Shown: piece by piece, positions 49,227 through 63,557 of the stretch
How the letters are laid out: each line of letters begins with the position of its first letter
Numbering within the stretch: the first letter of the stretch is position 1
Source: Botryllus schlosseri
Taxonomy: Eukaryota
Assembly (NCBI GenBank): GCA_051294905.1
Contig: CM119386.1
Location: 15,748,001 to 15,812,000, forward strand
Direction of reading: 5' to 3'
DNA length: 64,000 nt
Notes under the pieces: model-generated
Told to the model about the DNA's origin: nothing
The model's database searches: none
Seen by the model: the letters and a program-made list of their open reading frames with translations, nothing else
Made by a program: the position numbers and the translations under genes

Positions 49227-51188
49227 AGCTGATCACATTTTAGTCACTGTGATTTTAATTGCCGATTGTGGAGTCATTACACTGCGATCAGGTTCTATTA
49301 GGTCGGAAAATCTGAATTCCATTGACCACTGCGAAGAAACCCCACAGGAACACTCTACGATCGGGGTCCGCAGCGGAGCATCTGGTTCCGGGAGGTACGG
49401 ACCGTGTAATTCGGCGCAAAAGAACAGAAACATAATTTTGCAGCCTTGCTCTAATGAAAGATAAAGTTTATAGATAATGAAATTGCTAATTAATGAAAAA
49501 ATATAATAACCCTGATTTGCTCGAAATGAATCAACGACATTGAAATAGCCTTGTGAACACGATGCTGATTATAGGGTTGCATATAAAATATAAATCAATT
49601 TAAAACAAATATGTTTAAAACATGGCCCTTGTTTGAAACACGTTTTATATCATTTTATTTATTTTTATTCGGTCTTGACGTCACGAGTCTTTAATTGTGA
49701 CATCAGAGTGGATTGAATTTGACAATTGAGGATATATAGAGTAAATATGGCCCCTTCGACGAAAAGGGCTTCCGACCACTGTGATAAACAGACCAAAAAT
49801 ATCTAACCAGAACTACATCGTTATGCAGCATTTTTACTGTCGACGGTCATCATCATCACAACGCCCATTCCGTACCAATGATCTATATCTACTTGCTATA
49901 TCTGTTGAACCTACGACGATATCGAGGGTTCCAGCCACCCCACATCGCATACGTCCACTGTATTGAGTGCAAATGGTCAGTAGGATCAACTACTAGATGT
50001 TTTTTCGAAATTATTTACACAGTTATGGCATAATTAGACAACGTTTGAAATAACACATTTTTTTAAAATTCTTTTGTTTAAAACACTGTTTAATCATGTT
50101 TCATTAAACAAAGTATTTTAAAGCACATTTGTTTTGAATGCAACCCCATGGTGATATAATTCGCAAATGTATTACTTTCAAGGCTGAAATCGGGTACCGT
50201 GAAGAGAAAATGAACTGACACACATGTAAACACAGGAAACTGTATTTCCGGGTTCTTATCGATATCTGAAAGTCTGTTTTTGTCACGCCAGTGTAGATTT
50301 CACGAAATTAGAACGTCGTTGTGACTTTTTTCGCAATGCCATATGATATTTGCGTTTCACTACCCGTATAGTCATAACCCTATGCAATGCCAAATACGAA
50401 TTTTGAGGCGTTGTTCTCGACTTTCAGTGGTCCACATCATTCTACGGGAATTTATATGCTTGAATGGGGTCAACCAATAATAGGACGGTTGCGGTATGTC
50501 ATGTGACCACTTGGTTAATAATTATAATCATGACAGATCTTCCTCCCATCAATAGATCTTCTGAACCATATCTTTCTCCAGATTTGAGCTCTTACCATAC
50601 AGCTGTCTTCATTTAGCCTAGTAGTACGGTAATGCGTTTTACCGCGCTGTTACAAAAAGAGGTTTTTGTTAATAGTGAAAGATCGCTGATGACTTATGCG
50701 CTTTATAAACTTGGTAAGTTACTATTTGGTTTCCCCTAGTTTTCGAGCAAATAAAAAGCATACGGGGTGACCATTTGCAATTGCGATCAGCAGCATTTTA
50801 TTGCTGGGCCGATATATACTTTTCGAACTTTTGGGAATAGCGAATTTGGAATCACTAAAAGTTAGAACGGGGCCTGAGCCAAGGTTAAGCCAAAGTTGCA
50901 CAGTTCGTTCAGAATGGAGTATCTACGGGCGTATGGGGTCGTCGTCTAAAATACCGAAACATGAGACCAAGGTGTGGTGATTATTGTTTCTTCGTGATCT
51001 CACCAATTGTGTTGATTACCCGCATTTGTGTTGATTACCCGCATCTTAACCTACCTATATATTGAGTGTTTTATATACCGCATTTAGTTGCTTGAGTCTT
51101 CATTTAGTTAATATAAATCAAACTCGTAGTACGTTTTCAGTGCAATTTTATTACCTAAACGAACGTTGACGTCTTTTCCGTAAAAGAC

Positions 51189-54100
51189 ATGGCTGCTTGC
51201 AACGAGAAGCTAATCCGCGCACCAGTGTTAGAAGTGTTACCACGTGCGGTGGATTCGCAGAAGGTTTTCAACCATTGGAAGCGTATGTTGGAGAGCTATA
51301 TTGAAGCCGTTGACCAATCAAGAAATGCCGGCTCCGCATAGTCTGGGAGTGAGTCGGATTCACCCGCACTTTCTGCCATCAATAAGGTCGCTATTATGGG
51401 TGGATACATGTCTGCTGAGCTATTTTCGTATATCGAAGATAAGGAGAACTACCTTGAAGCAATGGAGAAATTGAAGAAGATGGATGTATGTCAAGAAGAA
51501 CAATACTATTTACGCTCGTCATAACCTCTCGACCAGAAAACAAATGACGAGTGAGAGCGTATCTGAATTTAAGAATTGTTAACATTGGGCAAGAAATGCG
51601 AGTTCAAGACGGTTACCGCAGAAACGCATTTGGAAGAATCTGTACGCGATGCGTTCATTTCTGGATTGCTATCAGCAAATATACGTCTTCGTCTTCTGGA
51701 ACACGAGGAACTATCTTTGGATAAAGCGCTTCAAGTTGCAGACACTATGGAGAAAGCAGAGTGCTTCTCTCGTTCCTATGAGACCACCGCTACTGTGAAT
51801 AGCATGGCTCATATAGATTGCGCATTCGCACACATTGCTGTGAATAATGATGCGAGCGAGATCGCTAATGTGAATAGCGTGGCTCGCACGGATTGTACAT
51901 CTTCGAATAATGACGGAAGTGAAGTCGCAGTGGTCCGTCGTCAATCGTCGAAGTGTATATTTTCTGGTAACAGTCACGTTTAAGACCGTGCCCTATGCCC
52001 TGCTCGGTACGTGAGGTGTTTCAAGTGCCAAAAGCAAGGACATTTCAGTAAAATGTGTCGATCCCAAGTAGTGAAAACAGCTGCGTCTGTCACTGAACCT
52101 CGAATCTCGTCCATTCTTGCATCTAATAGCTGTAACTCGCCGTCCAACACTACTGTGCCCGCTTACATTCGTAAAGCAAAGTTGCGTGCCTTACTGGACT
52201 CCGGAGCCTGGGAAAATTACATGGACTCTTAAGTAGCCGCTTCGCTTGGGTTGATTTCGCTTGGGTTGAAAGGCAGAGGACTGCAAACCATGATCAAACT
52301 CGCTTCAGGACAATTCGCCGCCGAAGTCGACGGTTTCGTTTGTGTTCCTGTGGATTTGGGTAATGGAATATATAAGTCTGTTCGGTTCGGCGTTTTCGAC
52401 GATCTTTGTTGTGATTTGGTTCTAGGCCATAATTTCTTCGAAAAGCATAAAAAGAGTTATTTTGGAATTCAGTGGCGATGGAGATCTAACCATCAACAGC
52501 GGCAGAGCAAGTGGCGGTGGCGATGGGATGGTCACAAATGAAAGCGTTGACGGGAGCGCTGATACAGCAGCAGCAACTGATGCCTGTAATGTGATAGCTG
52601 CTAAAGTGGATGAGACGCCGTTTATTTTTCGGTTTGTAGATGGAAACGTGCAGCCCTTGGCTACCAAGTCTAGAAACTACAGTAATGATGACAAGGTGTT
52701 AATACGGGACGAAGTCTCAAAACTTTTGGAATCTGGAGTGAATGAACCTTCCTCGTCTCCGTAGAGAGCTCAGGTATTGGTGGTAAAGAACTCCAGACAC
52801 AAGAAGAGATTGGTCGTTGATTACTCTCAAACAATCAACCGCTATACTCCACTAGATGCGTATCCGCTTCCGAAGATTGAAAACGTAGTAAATGAAGTAG
52901 CTCGAGGTAAATGGGACAGTGCGATAGATTTGAAGTCCGCTTACCATCAGGTACCTCTTGGAAGTAATGATAAGCCTTTTACTGCATTAGAAGCTTGTGG
53001 TCGTCTATATCAATTTTGCAGGCTTCCCTTCGGAGTCACTAATGGAGCTGCTGCGTTTCAACGCTTTATTGACAGATTTAGGGGGCAACGGACTAAGAGG
53101 CACTGTCGCTTATCTAGACGACGCTACCATTTATGGCGATACAAAGCAACAGCATGATGAACGTTTGGAAGCTTTTATAGCCGCCGAGAAGGTTTGTGAT
53201 CTAACTCTGAATGTTAACAAGTGCAAGTTCTGTGTTAAGGAATTGTCCATTTTGGGACACCTCGTCGCTCACGACTCCATAAAGCCTGATCCTGCTCATT
53301 TGAAGCCTCTAGTTGACTTACCGGCGCCTTCTGACGGAAAAAGTTTGAAACGTTGACTGGGAATGTTTTCTTACTACTCGAAGTGGATATCGAATTTTTC
53401 CGGTAAAATTGGTCCGCTATGTAACAACGATTTGACATTTCTCGATGGTGCCGGTGAAAATAAATCTGATCTCTCTCTCTCTTACCCTTAAGCAGTGAAG
53501 CCTTGATGGCATTTCGGCAATTGAAAAACGATCTCCTACGGTCAAGTCTCGGTTGTATTCTGGAGGATGAAGAATTTAATATCGAGTGTGATGCTTCTGA
53601 ATTCGCCATTGCTGCAATATTCAGCCAAAGAGGGGGGCCGGTAGCGTTTGCGCACAGAACGCTGAAGAAGCATGAGAAGAGGTACGCTGCCGTAGAAAAA
53701 GAAGCAGCTGCCATTATTGAGGCAGTACGCAAGTGGGGATATTTACTTCATATAAAACCGTTTACCTTGATCACGGATCAAAAGGCACTGTCCTTCATAT
53801 TCGCGAAATCTCATCGCAGTAAGATAAAGAATACAAAATTGTCCTTGTGGAAACTCGAGTTAAGTGCAATCAAACATCGACCAGGTAAAGACAACGTAGC
53901 CGCCGATTCGATATCGAGAGTTTGTGCCTTTACAGGATCGAGCTTACGGGATATTCACGTAACACTGTCGCACCCAGGAGTGCGACGGATGATGCACTTC
54001 GTTCGAGCTAAATGTTTACCTTTTTCCACAGAAGAAAAAAGGAGTGCCGAGATTGCCCAGAATGTGCTGAAATTAAACCTCGATTTTCAGACCAGAAGCT

Positions 54101-55790
54101 TATACTCTCGTCAAAGCTATTAGGGCATGGGATCGCGTGAGTATAGATTTCAAGGGACCAGTCGCTGGAAAGCGACCTTACTTGCTTGTTGTAATCGACG
54201 AATTCAGTCGTTTTCCTTTCGTCTTCCCATGCGCCGATATGACGTCGCAGACTATTATTAGCTGTTTATCGTCATTGTTCGCTTTGTTTGGATTACCTGG
54301 CTATGTACATAGTGACAGGGGAAAGTCTTTTCTCTCTGAAGATGTCAACGAGTTTTTGATCCGAAAGGGTGTTGCGACCAGTCGTACCACTCCTTATCGC
54401 CCTACGGGCAACAGTCATAACAGTCAATGTGAGCGGGCTAATCAGACGATATGGAGGTCAATTGAAATTTTACTCGCATCTCACAAATTGCCAGAGAGCG
54501 CTTGGGAAGTGGTACTAGCAGACGCCTTACACTCTATAACAGGGGTCTCCAACACGCGGCCCGCGGGCCGCATGCGGCCCGCGAGGTCCTATTTTGCGGC
54601 CCGTGACCTGATTTCAAAATATTTCAGAAAAACGCTTGGTAAATCATTTTGAAATGCTGAAATTGATTTCAGTCGAAACAGGATGTTGTTGTTGTTCAAA
54701 GTAAGCCATTCTATGTGTCCAATATCACTATTTCTCACTAGTCGATACGGCTTCGGCATGAAAATATCATTCCATGGATGAAGAATTTGTTGGTACGAAT
54801 GGGTATATTGCCTTGACGTGCAATGGCCCACCACTATTAAGACCGAGACGCTTTAAAAACGACTTCGGGCTCTCCAAAAGACCATGCTTTACGAGGAGAT
54901 ACTTGTCTAGCAAGTATAGGCCTACCGTGTCTATAGCTAACCCCAATATTGATTCTTTAATCCAGGGGTGGCCAATCTGCGGCATTAGAAGGGAAATTAT
55001 GCGGCTGTCGACACTTTAAATAACTACCCTAAGTTTCCGAAGATAACCCCTACATCAGCTTTATCGGTGAATCTGATCACATGGGCCGAAAAAGGATAAA
55101 TGTTTTGTAGTAATATGTGAAACTATACTAATATTTTTTGACGAAATTCAATCATCGATATAAAAAATTTTACGCGCTAGGCGCGACTACAGAACGGTTT
55201 CCTGTGGCTCTTTACAACATAACTAATAACGATTTCGGTGCGCATAGTAAGCCGATATGCATAAATAGATTAGTTCGGAGGGTACCGGCAATGGACATGG
55301 ACAGTTTAACGTGGGTATTTGGCCCCAGCTATAGTTTATCACGGCTAACCAACGGTATGCGGCCGCAGGCTACATGAGTAATCGAAATGCGGCCGTGAAT
55401 AGCAAAAATGTAGGCCACCCCTGTTTTAGCGGCTATACAGAGTGTTGTCAGATATCGTGTACAGCTCATAGTTCAAAATATAACGAAATTGATGATCATG
55501 ATACTTTTTGTTGTATTTGTGTTTGTTCAATAAATTATTATTTCTTTTGTGCTGGCTATAGCCTAACCGTCGCCCATGTTAGAGAGCACAGCATTCTAAT
55601 AACGTAGAGTTATCAGACGTGGTTGTTCATCTGCGTTGCCTACTTTTATCTCGATATTGATGACATGCGGCCCGCGGCCTCTATGAATTTGGAAAAGTGG
55701 CCCGCGACCCATTTTGAGTTGGCGACCCCTGCTCTATAAGGTCATTATTATGTACTGCCACCGGAGTCACTCCGCATGAACGTTTTCTTT
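51189..55790 (+). pseudogene. gag-pol pseudogene with frameshifts and stops, integrase interrupted by a MITE
   Basis: Zinc knuckle CFKCQKQGHFSKMC; protease LLDSGA; RT VVDY..IN, LPFG, YLDD; RNase H ECDAS, EKEAAAI; integrase HPG, IDFKG, VIDEFSRF, HSDRG, CERAN; ALHSI|RSLLCTATGVTPHERF across the MITE. Confidence 0.9.
54540..55731. mobile_element. hAT (Buster/Charlie-like) MITE (1192 bp) nested in the gypsy integrase
   Basis: Ends CAGGGGTCTCCAAC / GTTGGCGACCCCTG, exact 8-bp TSD CTCTATAA. Confidence 0.88.
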
Positions 55791-57319
55791 CCATTTTGTC
55801 GTCGATCGATTGTGGTGATTATTGTTTCTTCGTGATCTCACCAATTGTGTTGATTACCCGCATTTGTGTTGATTACCCGCATCTTAGCCTACCTATATAT
55901 TGAGTGTTTTATGGACCGCGTTTAGTAGCTTGAGTCTTCATTTAGTTAATAAAAACCAAACTTGCGTTGAGGTCGTAGTACGAAACCAAACTTGCGTTGA
56001 GGTCGTAGTACGTTTTCAGTACACAAGGTTTTAGGGAACTGAGCGGAGAACATTTTATAGGAGTAAGATCTGTCATCGTTACTAACCTAATGATGACATG
56101 AGATTCCTTGAACATCCAATCGTGAGATATTTGAGTTCCGTGGATATAAATACCTGGAGGATGATGTACAGGCCGCTTATTTTTGGCATTTTTCAGATTT
56201 TATTTTTGGCAATTTTGCCATCGCCGTGATTTCATATATATAGACTCGAAATAACCATTTAAATCGCTTTGATCTTTCTTTTAAAACAGAAGTCACAAAT
56301 GATGCAGTATGCACATTGCACACTCTGTCATCAAACAGCAAGATTTAAATCCGAATTGAAAACGATATCGTAGACCAAATTTATCCGATACAAAAGCGAG
56401 TGGTTCTGCAATACCTATTATCAAAAATCTATTCACTACGCGTACGACATTACCAGCATTCACACAGCCCACACAATATGTACGATAACAAATCAAAAGT
56501 GTTTCTGATACGTTTGGATAGCATTCTTCACTACCCAACTAATGGTTATAAATGATGGGTAACTTTAATAATAATAATCAATGTAACGTGGAAAAATTAT
56601 TCACCCACATGCTAAGATTTTCATTAACATGTTGAAAGTAAATGGAAAATTTATACACATAGACCTAAATGCAGCACGGGTCGCTCGGGTCGGCTACATA
56701 AGGTGGTGCATGGGCGGTGATGACAGGAAAATGCCTAATAGTCATTGAGCTACATCCCTAATTGCAGGATATCATTTACTACCCGAGTTGATCAATCTAC
56801 ACTAGTATGTCGTAAATCCCGATTTCAGTATTCGACTTTTTGGCCTCGGCCCGTAGATTTTCATTCGCATTACATAGATCACCTGCACGGTAGACCGCGG
56901 CCTTCCGAAGGGTTCACGGATCTTAATTTAGGAATTTAGCGTTACACACTTGATTTGTCGCTTCATGCAGGATCATTTCAATACTTGTTGACATTTCTAC
57001 CTAAAACTTTCATGAAGATCTATATTTTCAAAAAGTCTTATTTCTGGTATTTAAATTTTTTATTTTTGGCAGTTTTGGCATTTGGTTCCCGAAATGGCAA
57101 AAATAACACGGCCTGAAGATGTGGGTGGCAACTGTGATAATCGGAAAATGCCTCATAAGTATAGTATAGTTTCACTTTCTAAATTAATTTTGAACAAATC
57201 TAGTTCACATTGTACAATTGTAGCCTAATGTACAATACATGCTCAGTGGGAGTTGGTTGTCAATCAAAACCGCCCAGCCCAATGAAAAAACATGAAGCGC
57301 CCGCGATATGATTATTGTT

Positions 57320-57510
57320 GTTGTTTGTGGCATTCATGGTGTTTGCGACTACGATGGTCATTTACATCAGGCCAATTTTCTTCATTTTTATTCCGTAGCT
57401 GCCGACTTGTAGCCCGGCCCACTTTTGGGCTTTTATAAGACACTGCTTGGGCTTAGACGGATGAGTTGGCGAGGTGGGTCCTAGATATACCTTAGGTGAC
57501 ACTTAGGTAC
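57320..57510 (-). mobile_element. SINE family A copy (3' part)
   Basis: ggcattcatggtgtttgcgactacgatggtcatttacatcaggcc... is a reverse-complement match to the family. Confidence 0.7.
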
Positions 57511-60500
57511 ACCTATAATTATTCCCCAACATAATAACATTACGGCTTCTCTGATGTCCCTTTGGGAGAATGGAGTTCACATGTGTTTAGCTTTTGATAT
57601 CTGTCTATAATGATTCTCGAGAAAACCGCCGCAACAGCTCAAACATTTGGAATTGGCACGTCTTGCCAGATGCTTACAACTAGCGCAATGTACTCAACTG
57701 CGGAATTGCAGGGGCTGTAGCCTCGGGGGTCGAGTTTGTGAACCACATTGCTAGATGGTGGTCCAGTAATCTCGAGTCCTCATTAGTATCTACAGCACAG
57801 GGGTGGGAAAACTGTACGGTCCACGGGTCGCATGCGGCCCGCAATACCGTTTTGTGCAACCCGTGAAAGCCTCAAGAAACGTAGTAAAAATGTTGATAAA
57901 ATGTGTACTACAATAAAATTACTGTGGGTACTAGATTAAACTTTTATTATATATTTCAATGGATAATGGTAAGTTATATTATTACCATAGTATTTTATTT
58001 ATTTATTTTATTGATGGCGTGATAGCCCAACCTCGCGGTCCATGTATTTTGAAAGGTTACTATTTCTAAACAACATAGAAAGTGAAACGTGAATGACTTA
58101 TTATGGATGTGATTTTAGATTGGCATCACGAGCAATAAGTTTATTAGTTTTAGTGTTGTACTTGAAAAACAAAAAAAGATTCGCGGGTGTGTTAGATAGA
58201 TACGTTTTTTGCATGTGTATTGGTTCCACCTCTTGAAATTTAAAAGACTCCAAAGTTACAGAAATCATTCAAACTATTCACGACTTTGTCGACCAACATG
58301 CGACATATCGCATCTGCCCTGGAGAAAAATCATCGGCGATGAAACCTTTGTCAAAGCTGTGAAGGAGGACGAATTTCCAGAAAGGTGAACATTGAGGCGT
58401 CCTTGGAGGACATTTTCGATTTTCTGAAAAAGGAGGACAAGTGCTAACCCTACTTATAGCATGTTTTTAAAATTACTTCTTAACATTTTGCGCAATACTT
58501 GATAAAATTTACAATAGAAAGTTGCATTAAAAATGGAAAAAAAGTTGCAAAAAGTTGTAATATAAAGTTCATACAAAGAGCCTAAAACATGATGCTGACG
58601 TTGTGGCTGTTATGAAGATTTTAGCCGATCACTAGAAAGCAGTGTGGGAGAAACGCACTCATATTTGAATACCAGCGTGGCTGTAGTGCGTATGCACGAC
58701 CAATCCGAAAACCGCAATAGAGTGTGAAGCAATGTTTGCCATTCTATAGACGTATTATCGGGTTAATTGGAGTCACTGCGAATATTCAGCACGAACTTCC
58801 AATATTACAATCCACGAATCCAGTAAACTCGACCTTGAAAACAGTTGCAAACTAACACGTGAACTTGAATTCGCATAGAAAAATTAATGAATATCAAAGA
58901 TGATTATCAAAGTATTATTGACTTTTGACAATAGTCGTCCATAGACACACGTACCATCTAATCAGATTGAGCGACAGGCTCTCCAGTAGACTGAATGAAA
59001 GCATTATTTCGACACAAGGCGCAATCAATGATGAAATCTTACCCAGTAGCCTTATGACGCTAGTCCACACGTGAGGATGAGTCATAGTAGGTAAACATTA
59101 AACAATAGCCACGAGAAAATGGTTCGTTTAAAGGTAAAGCTCAATATCTTGAGCTTAAACCATTGCCCCTAGTCAAGCCATGTAAAGTCGAGTGAAAATG
59201 ACATAAGTTTTCAGTCACAGCAGCTATACATGCGAGTGTTAGGACTTATTATTTCCATGAGTAACATAATGCACAGGGCCCTGACCACGAACTTCAACAT
59301 TCTCAAGAACGTTCGAGCAGAGAGGCGGTTTATCAACTGAAGCTCACATAGAGTATGGGGCAACAGGCCGAGCCAGGTTGATTACTTCAAATATGTCAGA
59401 TTTCTGATGAGAATGGTATATAAAGAGACCGGGCGTTCACCGGAGACCGAATTTCATCATGGTACGTCTCGGCGGCCGACCTTTTCTCCTCACAAGGTTC
59501 AAAGTTGCATCATTATGACGCAGGCCGTTACCGACGATTACTATGGCGTAATACGTAGATCGGCGCAGAAGTACACCTAGTGCAGAGGCAGTGTGAGGAA
59601 GGCAAATTTATGTCAAATAGAAAGATTTCTAAAACTTTGTTCGATTAATCAGGCGACATAGAAACGTATACTCCAGTCTAGGATTGATTCAACTCCCACG
59701 AAAGTCGGGAAATCGCATTGCAGACATCAGACCCTCTCCAGTCTGCACTATTTTCAAAGTAGATAAAAGATTATCGACATCGGATTACTTAAAAATCAAA
59801 ATGGTAGCGATTTTGTATAGTCTTGAATTCAGAATATGGACAGTAAACGCTTGAATTTCCCTAGGTTGGACTGCAAGTCTTCCTGACCGTATTTTACGTC
59901 ATCGGGGTCAATGGAGTCAAAGCAGCGGACTTGTGAGTACACTCGATTTTGTCATGCGACGGATTAACGAAAACCTCGATCCATATCCATATATCCATAT
60001 TTACCTTTAAAGTTTAGTTAGACGGTCCCTATGCAAATCTCGGCTATATATCGTCAGAACAGAAGCATATACGACGAACTTACCACCCCACACGAATCCA
60101 TTCAACACAACAACATTAGCCTACTTATTCCGAGAGCAGAAGAGTTGAGCAACGAAACACAATATATAAATACAAATGCAGGACGCACGCGGAAATAATG
60201 ATTGACACTAATTACTAGTCCTATACAAATCAGTCGAAGGTTACCGAAGTAAATGCAGGAATATAACAACAAGCGTAGTTCAATATTGCTCTCAAAACTG
60301 GTAAAATCCAGAGTCGAATTTGGATACGAGTAAACTTCCAAATCGGAACCAGGTCAAGATATTCGCTCAATACCTGATCAAGATCATACGATTCGCTATC
60401 ATCGCAATAAGTTGATGACTATATGTGATACGCCCCACACAAATATCAGGAGGACGGGCAGGTGTACCAAAACAATCAACCGGTATGTTATTTCTTACCA

Positions 60501-60859
60501 GGCAAGCGCCGGACGAAGAAAACCGCAGCCCGGCGGAAACAGAGGTCACGCCGCGACGAATAGCGCAATTCGATTCCAGAGTTATAAGAACACTGAAAGT
60601 AAGTTGGCGCAGCAGTCGAGGATGATAGCACGTGTAGCGTACAAAAGACACTATCTTCGTCATCAGTTTATACATAATTCCACCATTTCAAAAACCACAA
60701 GATTGCGATACATATTCCCATTGACTTGGTAGATGTAAATACGAGGCACGCACACTGAACGATAAGCAAAATAAGATAACATAGAATGACAAGTGATGAA
60801 AATGAAGTAGCCTGTGTCGGTAGGTCGATATGTAAGATCATGCTCCGGTAATCTCGAGC

Positions 60860-61730
60860 CAGGGTTGTAACTAAGTCACAAGGCTTCGAGTCACAAATCA
60901 ATCTCACTTTTATAGTTTTGACTCGAGTCAAGTCGAGTCATTTTCAATTCATCACCGAATCAAGTCCGAGTCCAAGTCAGCGAGCAGAGGGTCGAGTACG
61001 AGTCATGGTATTATGACTCGAGTCCGAGTCCAAGTCAATCAGTTGACTGCTCAGTTTCCACGTTGTTTCTGCGCGGCACGCGAAATGTTCGTGTGGCTAC
61101 TATAGGCCATACTTGACGGTTGGTAACGCCGGTATAAATCAAGCACAGTCCTTTACTACAATGATTGAATATATAATGACACAAAGTAGGCAAGGGCAGA
61201 GTAAACGTAGGATTTATAACAATGCCTGACCGCAAATCTTCAACCGTCCTTACAAAGTAACCAACAAAACAGTTCTACCAATTGAATATATAGGGAAAGA
61301 AAAACGCGAGTGATAATGACGATTACACCGATCAGTAATTAAATAGAAATACACACGAAATAAGGTAATGCCGTACGCACGCACTAACACACGTAATGTC
61401 TTTCTAAACCACCATTTTTATAACTCTGTTTGGTGATATCGAGTGGTTCGCATTTATAATACACCAATTTCCCTCACTTTTAGCAGTTTCTGGTCGCATT
61501 TTCTAGTACCAGTACCAATAGACGAAGTCCCAATAGTGTGGTTACTTCACTAGTTTTCGAAATTTCAATGAAATATCGGTCTTAACCGTTTGAGTCTCGA
61601 GTCATATGACTTGGTTCGAGTCATGTGCAATGACTCGAGTCCAAGTCGAGTCAATACACAGATTGACTCGAGTCGAGTCGAGTCATTTCCGTATTTTCAG
61701 AAAATCGTGACTCGAGGCATTACAACCCTG
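60860..61730. mobile_element. hAT-type MITE (871 bp) with GACTCGAGTC subterminal repeats
   Basis: TIR CAGGGTTGTAA/TTACAACCCTG; diverged TSD TCTCGAGC vs TCTTGGGC. Related GAGTCAAGTC-rich fragments at ~6900-8190 and ~32100-32400. Confidence 0.7.
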
Positions 61731-63234
61731 TCTTGGGCGCCGATTATAGTGTTTATTTCCATCTGTAGAATTTGCTTGTATTTTGACGTGGGTGTGGACT
61801 GGGCATGCGTCGGATTGCCGTCGAAATACTGCACTGTCCGTCATATTTGATAGAGCGATGCGTTGTCTTGTATTTCCTGCCGAACATATGGCAGTTAGTA
61901 ACGAGGACCTCGGTAACGAGGACTTGTGCGCCTTATATTCTTAGGTAAAGAAGTCGTTGAATTTTGCAGGGCAGTGTTCGCAGTGGAACTGATACGTAGT
62001 ATTGGCAATTTCTCATATCTGTATGTTTATGACAGCAAACATTTTGAGTAGCGAATTGTTAGTTGCACAGCAGAACCTAACACAAATTATATCACGGTAA
62101 TAAATCTCACGTGACTATATGTGCATATACCTTCATACGTTCAACGTGCATGCACAACTTGGATTAAAATGTTGCATTCGATTTATACCGCGGTATATAT
62201 AAGTCTGAGGAAGGTTCTGATTTCGAGTGCCATGAGTGTCCTGTCCATTCACACCCGTATATCAGTGGCTACTACATTGATCACCATGCGGTATCCTCTT
62301 CCTTGTCCGTTGCGATTTCCACACACCAATATGCGATTTTCCGTCTAGAATATCGACTACGAGGAGCGGCACGCGATGCCAGGGATGATGTTTTCCCTAG
62401 CATCACTTGAGATGGAAAATTGCACCGAGATTTGTCAAGGCGGCGACTACTTATCGGGATCGTGCGGGATGGCATGTAGAGGTGATGTCGCGTCATTGCT
62501 AGATGAAAAAAAATCCCCACATCTAATTTCCAGCTGACACTACCAATTTATTATCCTATGCTACGCCCACATTTTACAGCCCGTATTCGAAAGTAGAACT
62601 CATGAATTGCAGCGAAAAGAGTTCTCGGGGTGTCGTTGGAAAATTACACCCTAATTGTTTGAGCAATCTTGTGCTCTACATGATTATTCTACTAGAACTA
62701 GACTAGATCATCAGAATCTCGTCATCTATATGTTCACCAACCGCATGAACTCTATAGATTGACTCAACAGTCTATGGAATACATGGGGACAAACATTTGG
62801 AACCGTGTTTGTGATTACACCAATAAACTGCCCCAGCATGAATTTAAGATCCAATACCTTGATTACCATACAATAAGGACTGAATGGGTTTTTGCGTCTG
62901 TGGTTTCATCATAGTGTCCTAAATGGTATTGATGAGCGGACTGTGATATTTTTCGGTAAATTTGCGTAATCAGTACATCAGTAGCTTTCCATTGGTACCT
63001 GTTATATCAAATTTACCAATCGGCAAGTCGATCCAAAAGGACCGTCAAGTTGCCTTTGGCCAAATGGAAAGTATGAGAGACCCAAATGCAGTGACCCGTT
63101 CAATCTCGCTGCGTCCGCACCATTTAGAACACTATGGTTTCATATATACTATGTCTCTGGCTATTGATTCAATAAGTATGTTATTATAGTTCAATAAATC
63201 AATCAATGGACAGAATATATTTCATCTGCCCATG

Positions 63235-63557
63235 ACACACACACAATGTACAATGCGATATACAAGACACACAATGCGATGTAATGAACAGATGGAGGGA
63301 TGCCGAGCGAATAACCAGTTGGGGTCTCTTGAACTGGCATCTACTCGACCTACAGTGCCCGATATCACAGTCTTCTCCGATAACATTCTTTCTTCGTCGG
63401 TTCCTTTTTGAAGCTATTTCTTGCTCTTTTTTCTTTTGTTATAGGGTCTTTTTTCTAGGCTTTTTTGTCGCCGTAAGAACAACGAGATGAGGGACGAGGA
63501 GCCCAGAATAACCTCCGACAGCGGGAATCGAACCCGAGCCGCCTGCTCGGATGACGC
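63235..63557 (-). mobile_element. SINE family B copy
   Basis: Minus-strand B-box GGTTCGATTCCC; tail cacacaatgtacaatgcgat shared with 22740-22920. Confidence 0.7.

Larger units (their letters stand above)
50973..56023 (+). mobile_element. Decayed Ty3/gypsy LTR retrotransposon; 5' LTR 50973-51144, 3' LTR 55811-56023
   Basis: LTRs TGTGGTGA...CAGT(G/A)CA, 5-bp TSD CAAGG; gag-pol remnants in the order PR-RT-RH-IN. Confidence 0.93.

Noticed and set aside
54540-54652. C-terminal extension of the integrase ORF 54137-54652 (TGVSNTRPAGRM...)
   Set aside because: It is read-through into the inserted MITE; the true integrase resumes at about 55740.
56293-56538. Cys-containing ORF as a third receptor paralog
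   Set aside because: Cys spacing does not match the CRD, and no signal or TM exons were found nearby.
58290-58450. Protein-like fragment (IIGDETFVKAVKEDEFPER / VNIEASLEDIFDFLKKEDKC)
   Set aside because: Short, frameshifted, and without a family assignment or supporting exons.
60367-60732. Overlapping short ORFs with basic, low-complexity peptides
   Set aside because: No domain and no consistent splice model.
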